This document shows positions 1 to 7,903 of a DNA stretch of 64,000 bases, in pieces (position 1 is the stretch's first letter; each line of letters begins with the position of its first letter). The notes beneath the pieces were generated by a model. The model was given only the letters and a program-made list of their open reading frames with translations, had not been told where the DNA came from and searched no databases. Source of the stretch: Candidatus Omnitrophota bacterium (GTDB taxonomy: Bacteria > Ratteibacteria > UBA8468 > MWAK01); contig JAZDPL010000061.1 of NCBI GenBank assembly GCA_043797665.1, positions 1,065-65,064 of the forward strand, given 5' to 3'. Both the position numbers and the translations under genes were made by a program.

Positions 1-745
1 CTTCTCTGGTCCCGATGTTAAATACCCGGCCGGAAATCCCCTCTTTCCGGAAGAGCAGGTAGAGCGCCTCCACAACGTCGGAAACCCCTGTAAAACACCG
101 GCTCTGCTTCCCGTCGCCATAAATGGTAATCGGCTTCCCGGAAAGAGCCTGGCTGATAAATTTGGGCACGACCATTCCGTAACGGCCGGTCTGTCTGGGC
201 CCGATGGTGTTGAAAAGGCGTGCGATAATTATCGGAACTTTTTTTTCCGAAAAGTATGCCTGGGCTAAAAATTCATCCAGGGCTTTACTGCAGGCGTATC
301 CCCAGCGCCGGATAAAGGTAGGGCCGATGATGAGGTCATCTTCTTCTTTAAACGACGCGGATTCGTTCTTGCCGTAAACCTCGCTGGTGGAAGTTAAAAG
401 AACTTTTCTGCCAAATACCGCCGAAGATTCCAGAACGTTGGCAGTGCCTTCAATATTGGTTTTTAAAGATGAGAGAGGGTGCTCAATTACCGTACGCACG
501 CCTACTGCGGCAGCTAAGTGAAAGACGCCTTCGGACTTGGCGACCAGTCTTTCCAGAAGAGGTTTGTTGAGAACGCTATCGATGACCAGCTCAAACGAGG
601 GATTACGTTGAATCGCTTTCAGGTTTTCTAAACTTCCGGTGCTCAGGTCGTCAAGGACAGCTACGGAATGTCCCCGGGTCAAAAGTAATTCGCAGAGGTG
701 ACTGCCGATAAAACCCGCCCCACCGGTAACCAATATACACGACAT
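1..745 (-). CDS. NAD-dependent epimerase/dehydratase (extended SDR, GalE/UXS-like); 3' end lies outside the window
   Basis: Reverse translation from the ATG at 745-743 reads MSCILVTGGAGFIGSHLCELL (GxxGxxG Rossmann motif). Further on it reads RWGYACSKALDEF (YxxxK catalytic motif). The frame stays open to the window edge, so it is absent from the ORF track. Confidence 0.85.
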   Translation of the reverse strand, partial: MSCILVTGGAGFIGSHLCELLLTRGHSVAVLDDLSTGSLENLKAIQRNPSFELVIDSVLNKPLLERLVAKSEGVFHLAAAVGVRTVIEHPLSSLKTNIEGTANVLESSAVFGRKVLLTSTSEVYGKNESASFKEEDDLIIGPTFIRRWGYACSKALDEFLAQAYFSEKKVPIIIARLFNTIGPRQTGRYGMVVPKFISQALSGKPITIYGDGKQSRCFTGVSDVVEALYLLFRKEGISGRVFNIGTRE

Positions 746-763
746 AAATAATATGGCACAATT

Positions 764-815
764 TGTAGGGGTTTGATTTATCAAACCCGCGGGTCGGATG
801 AATCCGACCCCTACA
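764..815. repeat. R1 double-hairpin intergenic repeat
   Basis: TGTAGGGGTTTGATTTATCAAACCCGCGGGTCGGATGAATCCGACCCCTACA. Two 9-bp hairpins (GGGTTTGAT/ATCAAACCC and GGGTCGGAT/ATCCGACCC) are closed by TGTAGG/CCTACA. Confidence 0.9.
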
Positions 816-817
816 TC

Positions 818-863
818 TCAGAATGACACATTGGATTCCCGTTAACCACATACGGGAATGACA
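818..863. repeat. R2-family hairpin repeat (CAGAATGACA / ATTCCCGT...ACGGGAATGACA)
   Basis: TCAGAATGACA is followed by the hairpin GGATTCCCGTTAACCACATACGGGAATGACA. The same motifs recur at 7777-7883, 8886-8920, 11826-11879, 25838-25972, 26918-26984 and 29165-29218. Confidence 0.8.
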
Positions 864-868
864 ACTTC

Positions 869-2128
869 TTACGTGCCTAAACGCCAGGAGGAAAGGTATT
901 CTGCCTGAGAAGGGGTAAGGGTGTCAATCTCTATGCCCGACGCGGCTAACTTCAGACGGGCCACCTCCCGGTCAATATCTTCCGGTACGGTATAGAGAGC
1001 GGGCGAAAGGGTCTTGCCTTTCTGAACCAGATATTCCGCAGAAAGAGCCTGGTTGGCAAAACTCATATCCATCACCGCAGAGGGATGGCCTTCCGCCGCC
1101 GCCAAATTGAGTAATCGCCCCTGGGCTAAAAGGTAAAGACGCCGTCCGTCCTTAATCTGAAATTCCTCCAGGTTATCTCTCAACTGACGCCGGGATGTAC
1201 TCATCTTCTCTAAAGCGGGGATATCAATCTCCACGTCAAAATGTCCGCTGTTAGCCAGAATGGCGCCATCTTTCATTATCTTAAAATGCTCTTCCCTGAA
1301 GATTGCCCGGTTGCCGGTGGCGGTGATAAAAACATCACCAATCCTGGCTGCCTCGGCACTCTTCATCACCAGAAACCCATCCATAAACGCTTCCAGCGCC
1401 TTCAAAGGGTCGACTTCGGTTACGATTACAACCGAACCCATACCTCTGGCGCGGGTGGCGATTCCGCGGCTGCACCAGCCGTAACCAGCCACCACCACTT
1501 TTTTACCGGCCAGGAGAAGGTTGGTGGCGCGCAGCAGTCCGTCGATCGTTGATTGACCGGTTCCGTAGCGGTTATCAAAAAGATGTTTGGTCATCGCGTC
1601 GTTTACCGCGATGATGGGAAAACGAATCTTGCCCTCTTTCTCCATGTTCCGGAAACGGATGACTCCGGTGGTTGTCTCTTCGGTCCCTCCCAGAATATTT
1701 TTGCAAAACTCATCTTCTTTCTGATGAGCGTTGCTAATCAAATCCGCACCGTCATCCAGCAATATCCGGGGCTTTTGCTCCAGGACCGCGGTGAGATGGC
1801 GATAATAAGCGTCCCGGTCTTCACCGCGAAACGCAAAGACGGAAATGCCGTATTCTTTTACCAGAGCCGCGGCGACACTATCGTTGGTGCTCAAAGGATT
1901 GGAAGCACAAAGATAGACCTGGGCACCGCCCGCCTGCAGCGTGAGGGCTAAGTTTGCGGTCTCGGAAGTTACGTGCAGACATCCCCCGATACGGCACCCT
2001 TTCAACGGGTTTGACTGGCTGAAACGTTGCCGGATCGAAAGAAGTACCGGCATCTCCCGCGCTGCCCACTCAATACGATTTACTCCTTCCCCGGCTAATT
2101 TCAAATCCTTTACTTCGGCTGGAACCAT
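869..2128 (-). CDS. ahcY: S-adenosyl-L-homocysteine hydrolase (adenosylhomocysteinase)
   Basis: 419-aa ORF. Full-length resemblance to AhcY, with typical stretches: [24 protein letters not shown], the NAD-binding GYGWCSRG and [19 protein letters not shown] lies 5 nt upstream. Confidence 0.95.
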   Translation of the reverse strand: MVPAEVKDLKLAGEGVNRIEWAAREMPVLLSIRQRFSQSNPLKGCRIGGCLHVTSETANLALTLQAGGAQVYLCASNPLSTNDSVAAALVKEYGISVFAFRGEDRDAYYRHLTAVLEQKPRILLDDGADLISNAHQKEDEFCKNILGGTEETTTGVIRFRNMEKEGKIRFPIIAVNDAMTKHLFDNRYGTGQSTIDGLLRATNLLLAGKKVVVAGYGWCSRGIATRARGMGSVVIVTEVDPLKALEAFMDGFLVMKSAEAARIGDVFITATGNRAIFREEHFKIMKDGAILANSGHFDVEIDIPALEKMSTSRRQLRDNLEEFQIKDGRRLYLLAQGRLLNLAAAEGHPSAVMDMSFANQALSAEYLVQKGKTLSPALYTVPEDIDREVARLKLAASGIEIDTLTPSQAEYLSSWRLGT

Positions 2129-2139
2129 TACTCCTCCTT

Positions 2140-2413
2140 AGGGGTCGTAACAGAATAAAATCGACTATTTGCCAGAGATGATTTTGGAGCGAGACAAGGA
2201 GCGAAGAAGCTTGCGTACCCCCTGTGGTACGGAAGCAAGGAGCGACGCAGTCGCAGCCCAAAAGCGGCCTGGCCCTTTGGGGAGTCCCATCTTTGGGTCA
2301 TTGCGGCGTTGCTCCTCGGTTATGTGCCACAGTGGCACAGAACCTTCGTCGCGCCTTGCACTAACCTCAAATCCGGGACTCCAAATAGTCAATTTTATTC
2401 TGTTACGACCCCT
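2140..2413. repeat. ~275-nt imperfect palindrome with 30-bp near-perfect terminal arms, abutting the ahcY RBS
   Basis: AGGGGTCGTAACAGAATAAAATCGACTATT (2140-2170) is the reverse complement of 2383-2413 with 1 mismatch. The interior halves are also roughly 70 percent inverted copies of each other, with sub-hairpins GTGCCACTGTGGCAC and GTACCACAGGGGGTAC. Confidence 0.8.
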
Positions 2414-2541
2414 TATTTTTTATGTTTTTAAAAAGACATTTCATTTTAACACAAAAGGTGAGCACTTGACAAATCGTAAAATTTATGTTCTACTATTATG
2501 GAACAACAAAAAGATTTTGCGAGAAGGGGGGTGGAAACAGA

Positions 2542-2613
2542 ATGGCAACCAAGAAAAAGGTAGCAACTAAGAAACCAGCTAAGAAAGCAAAGAAGAAGGG
2601 CTGCTGCAAATAA
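2542..2613 (+). CDS. candidate 23-aa lysine-rich micro-protein MATKKKVATKKPAKKAKKKGCCK
   Basis: An ATG is preceded by the purine-rich GAAGGGGGGTGG about 10 nt upstream, and TTGACA lies at 2466-2471. The ORF is too short for the ORF track and converges on and overlaps the coaB 3' end. Confidence 0.3.
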   Translation: MATKKKVATKKPAKKAKKKGCCK

Positions 2614-3223
2614 GTAGGCAACGTTCGTAGAGAAAACGGGAGATATCCTCTTTAGATTTGGCAGAAAGGTCGCAGACTTCGCCCTTACGCGAAAGAAGAA
2701 ACGAGGAGTGTCTCCCTTTTTCTTTTCCAAAGAAAGACGGGTTGTTGACCAGAATAAAGTCAATCTTCTTCTCCCGCAATTTCTTCCTCCCCGCCTCAAT
2801 CAAGCCTCTTGTTTCCAGAGCACAACCAATCAAAATCTGGTCCGGCTTTTTTATCTTTCCGCAGGTTCCCAGAATATCCGGATTGGGAAAAAGGGTTAAA
2901 CTGAATTTTTCTTTTCGCTTAATCTTATCCATCCGGAACCGCGGCCGCCAATCACTGACTGCCGCGGTCATAAAAAGCACGTTGATCCTGGGGAAAATCT
3001 TCAGCGTCTCTTCCGCCATCTGTACCGCACTCTCCACCTTGATAAACCTTACGCCGTCCGGAACCGGCAAATTGGCAGGACCGCTGACCAATATGACTTC
3101 GGCACCCCGACGCACTCCTTCTGCGGCTAAAAGATATCCTAAACGTCCGCTGGCCGGGTTACTTATAAAACGGACCGGATCAAGCCATTCGCGGGTGGGA
3201 CCGGCGGTAACTAAAACCCTCAT
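2579..3223 (-). CDS. coaB: phosphopantothenate-cysteine ligase (stand-alone CoaB domain)
   Basis: 214 aa. The N-terminus VLVTAGPTREWLDPVRFISNPASGRLG matches the CoaB signature VTAGPTxExIDPVRxIxNxSSGKMG. No CoaC flavoprotein domain is present. The start overlaps the ftsZ stop (3220-3223). Confidence 0.8.
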   Translation of the reverse strand: MRVLVTAGPTREWLDPVRFISNPASGRLGYLLAAEGVRRGAEVILVSGPANLPVPDGVRFIKVESAVQMAEETLKIFPRINVLFMTAAVSDWRPRFRMDKIKRKEKFSLTLFPNPDILGTCGKIKKPDQILIGCALETRGLIEAGRKKLREKKIDFILVNNPSFFGKEKGRHSSFLLSRKGEVCDLSAKSKEDISRFLYERCLLICSSPSSLLS

Positions 3224-4329
3224 GGTTCTTTTTTGTTCCGAATATAGGCCGGTAATTCGGCTTCGGAAAGACCTGGCTCAAAAAGCGAAGGACCTACTTT
3301 GTCTTCACCGGCCGTTTCTCTCCTGCGGGATTTTGTTTCTTTCTCCTTGGGTTCTTCTCTGGCCGTACTTGCTTTTTCCAAACCGGTTGCAATCACCGTA
3401 ACCTTAAGGTCATCTTCCAGCCTGGAATCGATTACGGTTCCGCAAAAACTCTTCGCCTGGGGAGTAAGCGCCTGATGAACATAGTAGACAACTTTTCTGA
3501 CTTCAAAAACACCTAAATTTTCCCCGCCGGCAATACTGATCAGGATGTTACGCGCGGTAACCAGTTCTTCGCGTTTCAAAAACGGGTTACTGATAGCCAG
3601 GCGTGATGCTTCCTCGGAACGATTGGCTCCCCTGGCAACTCCGGTACCCATCAAGCCTTCACCACCGTCCTCAACAATGGTACGCAGATCCGCAAAGTCC
3701 AGGTTCATCAATCCCGGCTGCGTAATTAAATCGGAAATCGCGGCCACTCCTTGATAAAGAATCTCATTAACCAAAGCGAAGGCTTCTTTTAAGGAGGTAT
3801 CCGGTGGTACCACATCAAAGATCTTTTCGTTGGGAACCGTAATTAATGTGTCTAACTGCTTGCGGACCTCCGGAAGTCCATCGTGGGCGATGTCCATTCT
3901 CTGGCTCCCTTCAAAAACGAAAGGGAAGGTAACAAAACCGATCACTATGGCTCCGTTATCCTTGGCGATTTTAGCCACGACCGGACCAGCACCCGTACCG
4001 GTGCCGCCACCCAGACCCAGAGTTAAAAAAACGACGTTGGCGCCTTTCAATAATTCGGAAATTTGTGACCGGTCCTCATTGGCGGCAAACTTACCCATTT
4101 CAGGGTTGGCTCCGGTACCCAGACCTTCCGTGAGCCTGCGCCCAATCTGAAGTTTAATCGGCGCGGTGTTGGCTGACAGAGCCTGACTGTCGGTATTAAG
4201 GGCAATCAGGTCAACTCCTGACAAACGAGACACCATTTCGCCCACCGCATTCCCGCCGGCGCCGCCGACGCCAACCACCTTAATCTTAACCCCAAACGCA
4301 CTGCCCTCATCCGGTTTAATCTTAAGCAT
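3220..4329 (-). CDS. ftsZ: cell division GTPase FtsZ
   Basis: 369 aa with the tubulin signature GGGTGTGAGPVVA, the N-terminal VVGVGGAGGNAV and a charged C-terminal tail. Confidence 0.97.
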   Translation of the reverse strand: MLKIKPDEGSAFGVKIKVVGVGGAGGNAVGEMVSRLSGVDLIALNTDSQALSANTAPIKLQIGRRLTEGLGTGANPEMGKFAANEDRSQISELLKGANVVFLTLGLGGGTGTGAGPVVAKIAKDNGAIVIGFVTFPFVFEGSQRMDIAHDGLPEVRKQLDTLITVPNEKIFDVVPPDTSLKEAFALVNEILYQGVAAISDLITQPGLMNLDFADLRTIVEDGGEGLMGTGVARGANRSEEASRLAISNPFLKREELVTARNILISIAGGENLGVFEVRKVVYYVHQALTPQAKSFCGTVIDSRLEDDLKVTVIATGLEKASTAREEPKEKETKSRRRETAGEDKVGPSLFEPGLSEAELPAYIRNKKEP

Positions 4330-4350
4330 AATTTTTCATCCTTTGTAAAG

Positions 4351-4401
4351 GTAGGGGTTCAATTTATTGAACCCGCGGGCTTGATAAATCAAGCCCCTAC
4401 A
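4351..4401. repeat. R1 double-hairpin repeat
   Basis: GTAGGGGTTCAATTTATTGAACCCGCGGGCTTGATAAATCAAGCCCCTACA. The arms differ from other copies, but both hairpins are kept by paired changes. Confidence 0.9.
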
Positions 4402-4438
4402 CGATTTTCGTTTGTATTAATTATCCTGTCATTACATT

Positions 4439-5653
4439 TTAAAAAAGGTCGTCCCAGATACGGCGTACCTTAACCACTGCCCGATGCAGCCCCGCCCCAT
4501 GACTGGAAACAGGCGTGTAATCCGGCGTCTTCGTCCAGGAGGCTTTAATTACCCCCAGAACTGCGTTGTAGGCCGGGTCTTTCCAGACCTTCTCCCAGCC
4601 ATGAAATTGAAAAGCGGTCCCCATTCTGACCGGCATCTCTAATTCCCCGGAAAGAAACTCCGGCAAACCGGAAAGTAAAGCCCCACCCCCGCCCAGGACC
4701 ACACCGGCGGTAAGAAAGGGTTTATATTTTTTCAGGGTAGTCTGAAACGGGAACAAAACGTCTTTCATTTCCGCCGCGATAATCTCGGCAACTTCACGAC
4801 GGTTGGCAATCTGTTTCATTTCGCCCTGAACATTAGAAAGCGAAAACTCCTGAGGCTCCACATCCAGAAGACAGGAACCGTATTCCTTCTTAATCCGTTC
4901 CGCTTCCGCGGTACTTGCCTTCAAACAGTAACTGAGCGCAAAAGTAAGCCGGTCACTGCCCCGCGCCACAACTTCCACTTCCCGTAAAAAAGGCTGAAAG
5001 ACCATTAAGGTGACCGCGCTTCGGCCAAAATCAAGGTAAGCCACCCCGGACTCCATCTCTTCTGAAGTAACAACCGCTTCCGCAGCTACAAACGGTGCAA
5101 AAGAAATCGAAGTAACTTCTAAACCCTGGTCCTGTAAACAACGGCGTAAATTCTTCAGCCCGCTGGCAATCGCAGTCACCAGAAATAAGTTTGCTCCTAA
5201 ATGCTGACCAAACATCCGCAAGGGGTTGCTTATCTGTCGCCGGTCATCCAGAAAATATTCCTGAACGATGATGTGGACAATCTCATAGTCCGGAGTAGTA
5301 GAAGGCAGAGCCTTCTTAATCACCATCTGACGGTCGCCCTCATCCACTCCGCCCTGGCGGTTCCGGATGTCAGCCTCACCCTGACGCTTCATCACCCGGA
5401 AGTAGTCGCCAAAAAAACTCAGGTAGACCTGGCGGATTGATTTCCCGGACAGAGATTCTGCCTCTACTACCGCCTTTTCCACGGTGGCGCTCAACTCGGG
5501 AATGCTGGTTATCGCACCAAACCTTAAGCCCGCGGTAGGAACGGAAGCCACGCCCAGAACTTCAAAATCAGTCCCGTCCGGAGCGGCTACTACAACGGCA
5601 GTCTTATCAGACCCGATATCAACTCCTACCAAATAATTATCGGTCGTCGCCAT
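4439..5653 (-). CDS. ftsA: cell division protein FtsA (actin-like ATPase)
   Basis: The ORF track gives 4439..5704. I place the start at the internal Met (MATTDNYLVGVDIGSDKTAVV) because the first 17 codons lie inside an R1 repeat. Actin-fold phosphate motifs VGVDIGS and VLGGGGALL are present, and the gene sits between ftsQ and ftsZ. Confidence 0.88.
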   Translation of the reverse strand: MATTDNYLVGVDIGSDKTAVVVAAPDGTDFEVLGVASVPTAGLRFGAITSIPELSATVEKAVVEAESLSGKSIRQVYLSFFGDYFRVMKRQGEADIRNRQGGVDEGDRQMVIKKALPSTTPDYEIVHIIVQEYFLDDRRQISNPLRMFGQHLGANLFLVTAIASGLKNLRRCLQDQGLEVTSISFAPFVAAEAVVTSEEMESGVAYLDFGRSAVTLMVFQPFLREVEVVARGSDRLTFALSYCLKASTAEAERIKKEYGSCLLDVEPQEFSLSNVQGEMKQIANRREVAEIIAAEMKDVLFPFQTTLKKYKPFLTAGVVLGGGGALLSGLPEFLSGELEMPVRMGTAFQFHGWEKVWKDPAYNAVLGVIKASWTKTPDYTPVSSHGAGLHRAVVKVRRIWDDLF

Positions 5654-5687
5654 ATATAAATGTAAATACTCGGTGAACCCCGTTAGC

Positions 5688-5747
5688 GTGGGGGTCGGAT
5701 TCATCCGACCCGCATATCTCTCGGGCTCAATAAATTGAGCCCCTACA
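5688..5747. repeat. R1 double-hairpin repeat
   Basis: GTGGGGGTCGGATTCATCCGACCCGCATATCTCTCGGGCTCAATAAATTGAGCCCCTACA. Confidence 0.9.
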
Positions 5748-5782
5748 TTTTTGTGCCCGATATAACGTACTTCACTGAATAT

Positions 5783-6499
5783 TCATGCCGGTAGAAAGAC
5801 CGGGTTAGAAAACCGAAGGTCAAGATATTTATATCTTACACCTTTTCGCCTCAAGTCTGCAAGAATATGGTAAAAGAGGAACAGATTGTTATTGAGTTCC
5901 TCCCTGGGTAAAAGAACCGTTTCGCCGGAAGTGAGTGTAAGCGTAAAAAAAGCGGGAGCAGAACAAACACGCTGGAGCGGAGCAAAAGAACTGGTATAAT
6001 CAGAAATATTTGCCACAATCGGAATGTCTTTCCGCAGCTCCTCCGGAATTACTCCTCTAACTTCCAGCACCGGTGACGCCGAACCTTCCGGAACCGGAAG
6101 CACAACACCGTCCTTGCCTACCACCAAAACTTCCCTCCCTTCCAACGAAATGTAAGCAAAAGGAACCCGCCTCTCCACCGACACATAAAGTGCTCCGGGA
6201 TAGAGGCGCCGGATAGTAAAACGGCTGATTCTGGGATCCTCTCTTATCCTGGCAGCCGCCTCCAGAAACGACAGACGAAAGATGTTTTGCCCGCACAGAT
6301 AAGAAAAATCAAACTCTGCGTCCGTACCTACTACCTTCCGGACCGTAAAGAGGGGACCTAATAACACCTCTTTTACGAAAAGATGCGCTAAAAATATACC
6401 GGATGACAATGCCACCATGTAGAAAAGGCTCCGGGCAAGGGACAGTCCGCGACCTGTCCCTACGCTATCCTTCCTTGAAGAACGCTGCTTCTGACCCAT
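5783..6499 (-). CDS. ftsQ: cell division protein FtsQ/DivIB (POTRA domain)
   Basis: 238 aa with a basic N-terminus, one TM segment (LFYMVALSSGIFLAHLF) and a POTRA-like segment (FTVRKVVGTD...NIFRLSFLEAAARI). It lies immediately upstream of ftsA. Confidence 0.7.
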   Translation of the reverse strand: MGQKQRSSRKDSVGTGRGLSLARSLFYMVALSSGIFLAHLFVKEVLLGPLFTVRKVVGTDAEFDFSYLCGQNIFRLSFLEAAARIREDPRISRFTIRRLYPGALYVSVERRVPFAYISLEGREVLVVGKDGVVLPVPEGSASPVLEVRGVIPEELRKDIPIVANISDYTSSFAPLQRVCSAPAFFTLTLTSGETVLLPREELNNNLFLFYHILADLRRKGVRYKYLDLRFSNPVFLPA

Positions 6500-6518
6500 G
6501 GTGGTAATAATACGTATT

Positions 6519-6577
6519 TGTAGGGGTTTGATTTATCAAACCCGACAATTTCGGGCGTCATAAATGTCGCCCCTACA
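6519..6577. repeat. R1 double-hairpin repeat
   Basis: TGTAGGGGTTTGATTTATCAAACCCGACAATTTCGGGCGTCATAAATGTCGCCCCTACA. It overlaps the stop region of the holA-like ORF. Confidence 0.85.
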
Positions 6578-7238
6578 CATTATATAAACCAAAAATAGTT
6601 AATTCCAAAGAGGTCCGGCCGTCAAACTTTCCCCGGCGGAAGTCCCGCTCGACAGTATAAAGACGCCGGAACAAATCAGCGTCTTTCCGGGTTAGACGTC
6701 CCTGTCTTTCTATCCGGTTCCGAAGATGCCAGACCAAAAGGCCAAAGAAACGGGGAAAATCCCTCTCGTCACCATATTGATAATCAATTATACGTAAAGC
6801 CAGATTCAGTTTGCGGTTCTGCAAGGCATGGACTACACCAAAGTTATCGGCAAACTCAGATTTCTCGCCGGAAAAGAACAGGGAAATCTGGTTGTTGACA
6901 AAGGGAAACCTCGTCTTCTTATCTGCCTGAAAAAGAAATACGGGAAGGCTGGCCGGACTGGGTTTTTTCAGATAATTAAATAACTTTTCCCGGTCTTCTT
7001 TAGTAAACCTCTCTGCCCGGCGCACCAGAACAAAACGTTGTCCGCCTCCAAAAGACGGCGTTTGACAGACCGCGATGACCTGCTCAATGTCAGTCTCGCC
7101 GCCAAAGAGAACCGTATCGTTGAAAGAATTTCTACCTCCCCGCGCGTCAGGAAATACAGCCGCCTTAATTCCGGCGACCTTCTCTTCCGCAGCCTTGATG
7201 TCCTGATAAAGTATGAGGTAAAATGGCTTATTTTTCAT
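6573..7238 (-). CDS. holA: DNA polymerase III delta subunit-like protein (short)
   Basis: 221 aa. The N-terminus KPFYLILYQD...VFLFQADK resembles the HolA N-domain. It overlaps an lptE-like gene by 11 nt, the same lptE-holA order known from E. coli. It is shorter than typical HolA. Confidence 0.5.
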   Translation of the reverse strand: MKNKPFYLILYQDIKAAEEKVAGIKAAVFPDARGGRNSFNDTVLFGGETDIEQVIAVCQTPSFGGGQRFVLVRRAERFTKEDREKLFNYLKKPSPASLPVFLFQADKKTRFPFVNNQISLFFSGEKSEFADNFGVVHALQNRKLNLALRIIDYQYGDERDFPRFFGLLVWHLRNRIERQGRLTRKDADLFRRLYTVERDFRRGKFDGRTSLELTIFGLYNV

Positions 7239-7839
7239 TCAGCCACTCCGTTGCCCTCTTGGCTAAATCATCCGCCACTATTCCGAACGCTTCGGTCTCC
7301 TTTTTCGCAAAAGGACCAGTTAGGTAATAGTCGGTAGACGTGGTAAGATCCACTTGAGATATTTTCAAGTCAAGGGAAAATCCCCCTTCTTCCCCCTTTT
7401 GCAAAGGGGGATTGAGGGGGATTAGAGGAGGGGTGGAAGAGATAAATTCCTCCAGCTTCAGGTGTATGATTACCGCTAAGCGGTATTGACTGACCTCCTT
7501 GGGGTCAACGGAACTGAAAGACAAAGCGGTTCGCTGGTAAGAGGTGACCACGCCGGAAAGGAGATATTCCGGTTCTTTCCCGGTTAAAACGATACCGGAC
7601 CTGAGCAGTTCCTCAGTAATGGCGTTGGTCAGAGTAACTTCTGCCCCTGGCTGCATCGTCCGGTTGGTAAGAATCGGAAAGTAAACAGAACGGTAAAAAG
7701 AAGCCCGGCTTAAGTTCTGATAACCGCAACCGGATAATAAAAGGCACAGAATCAGTATAAATGCATTTAATACTTTGTCATTCCCGCATGTCTTTAGCGG
7801 GAATCCATACTCGTTTTTATTACCCATGTTCTGCTTCAC
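7228..7839 (-). CDS. lptE: LptE-like LPS-assembly lipoprotein
   Basis: Lipobox LLLSGC followed by GYQNL, and synteny with holA. The annotated N-terminus overlaps an R2 hairpin, so the true start is uncertain. An internal hairpin repeat is embedded at 7380-7440. Confidence 0.5.
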   Translation of the reverse strand: MKQNMGNKNEYGFPLKTCGNDKVLNAFILILCLLLSGCGYQNLSRASFYRSVYFPILTNRTMQPGAEVTLTNAITEELLRSGIVLTGKEPEYLLSGVVTSYQRTALSFSSVDPKEVSQYRLAVIIHLKLEEFISSTPPLIPLNPPLQKGEEGGFSLDLKISQVDLTTSTDYYLTGPFAKKETEAFGIVADDLAKRATEWLNEK

Positions 7840-7883
7840 CTAAGGGCAAACTGGATTCCGGCTTACTATCCGCCGGAATGACA
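7777..7883. repeat. pair of R2-family hairpins
   Basis: GTCATTCCCGCATGTCTTTAGCGGGAATCC (7777-7806) and GGATTCCGGCTTACTATCCGCCGGAATGACA (7853-7883). Confidence 0.8.
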
Positions 7884-7903
7884 ACTTATTTAAGACGTTC
7901 CTA

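Noticed and set aside
651-851. 66-aa ORF spanning the epimerase start and an R1 repeat.
   Set aside because: It is out of frame with the clear SDR gene, and half of it is the translated hairpin repeat (RGRIHPTRGFDKSNPYK).
2140-2413. SAH riboswitch upstream of ahcY. The context is classic, and the minus strand contains CCGAGGAGCAACGCC...GCCAGGCC...GCGTCGCTCC, reminiscent of the SAH-element core.
   Set aside because: The region is a long two-fold palindrome, so similar strings occur on both strands. I could not build the H-type pseudoknot: there is no CUCGG partner for CCGAG and the conserved junction residues are missing. The element is also about 3 times longer than the riboswitch. It is still worth one Infernal scan.
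2165-2570. ORFs 2165..2392 (-), 2169..2570 (+) and 2070..2261 (-).
   Set aside because: They fall inside the palindromic element and promoter region and have no coding features. Mirror-image ORFs on both strands are expected from a palindrome.
5654-5704. Longer N-terminal extensions given in the ORF track for ftsA, mgtC (30583), the S8 protease (14901), the giant gene (25852) and the ankyrin protein (52480).
   Set aside because: For ftsA, mgtC, S8 and the giant gene the extensions run into R1/R2/R3 repeat elements and begin at weak or alternative starts, while internal Met codons give proper signal peptides or conserved N-termini. For the ankyrin gene the internal Met (52534) immediately precedes the TM helix. 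Exact starts remain uncertain.
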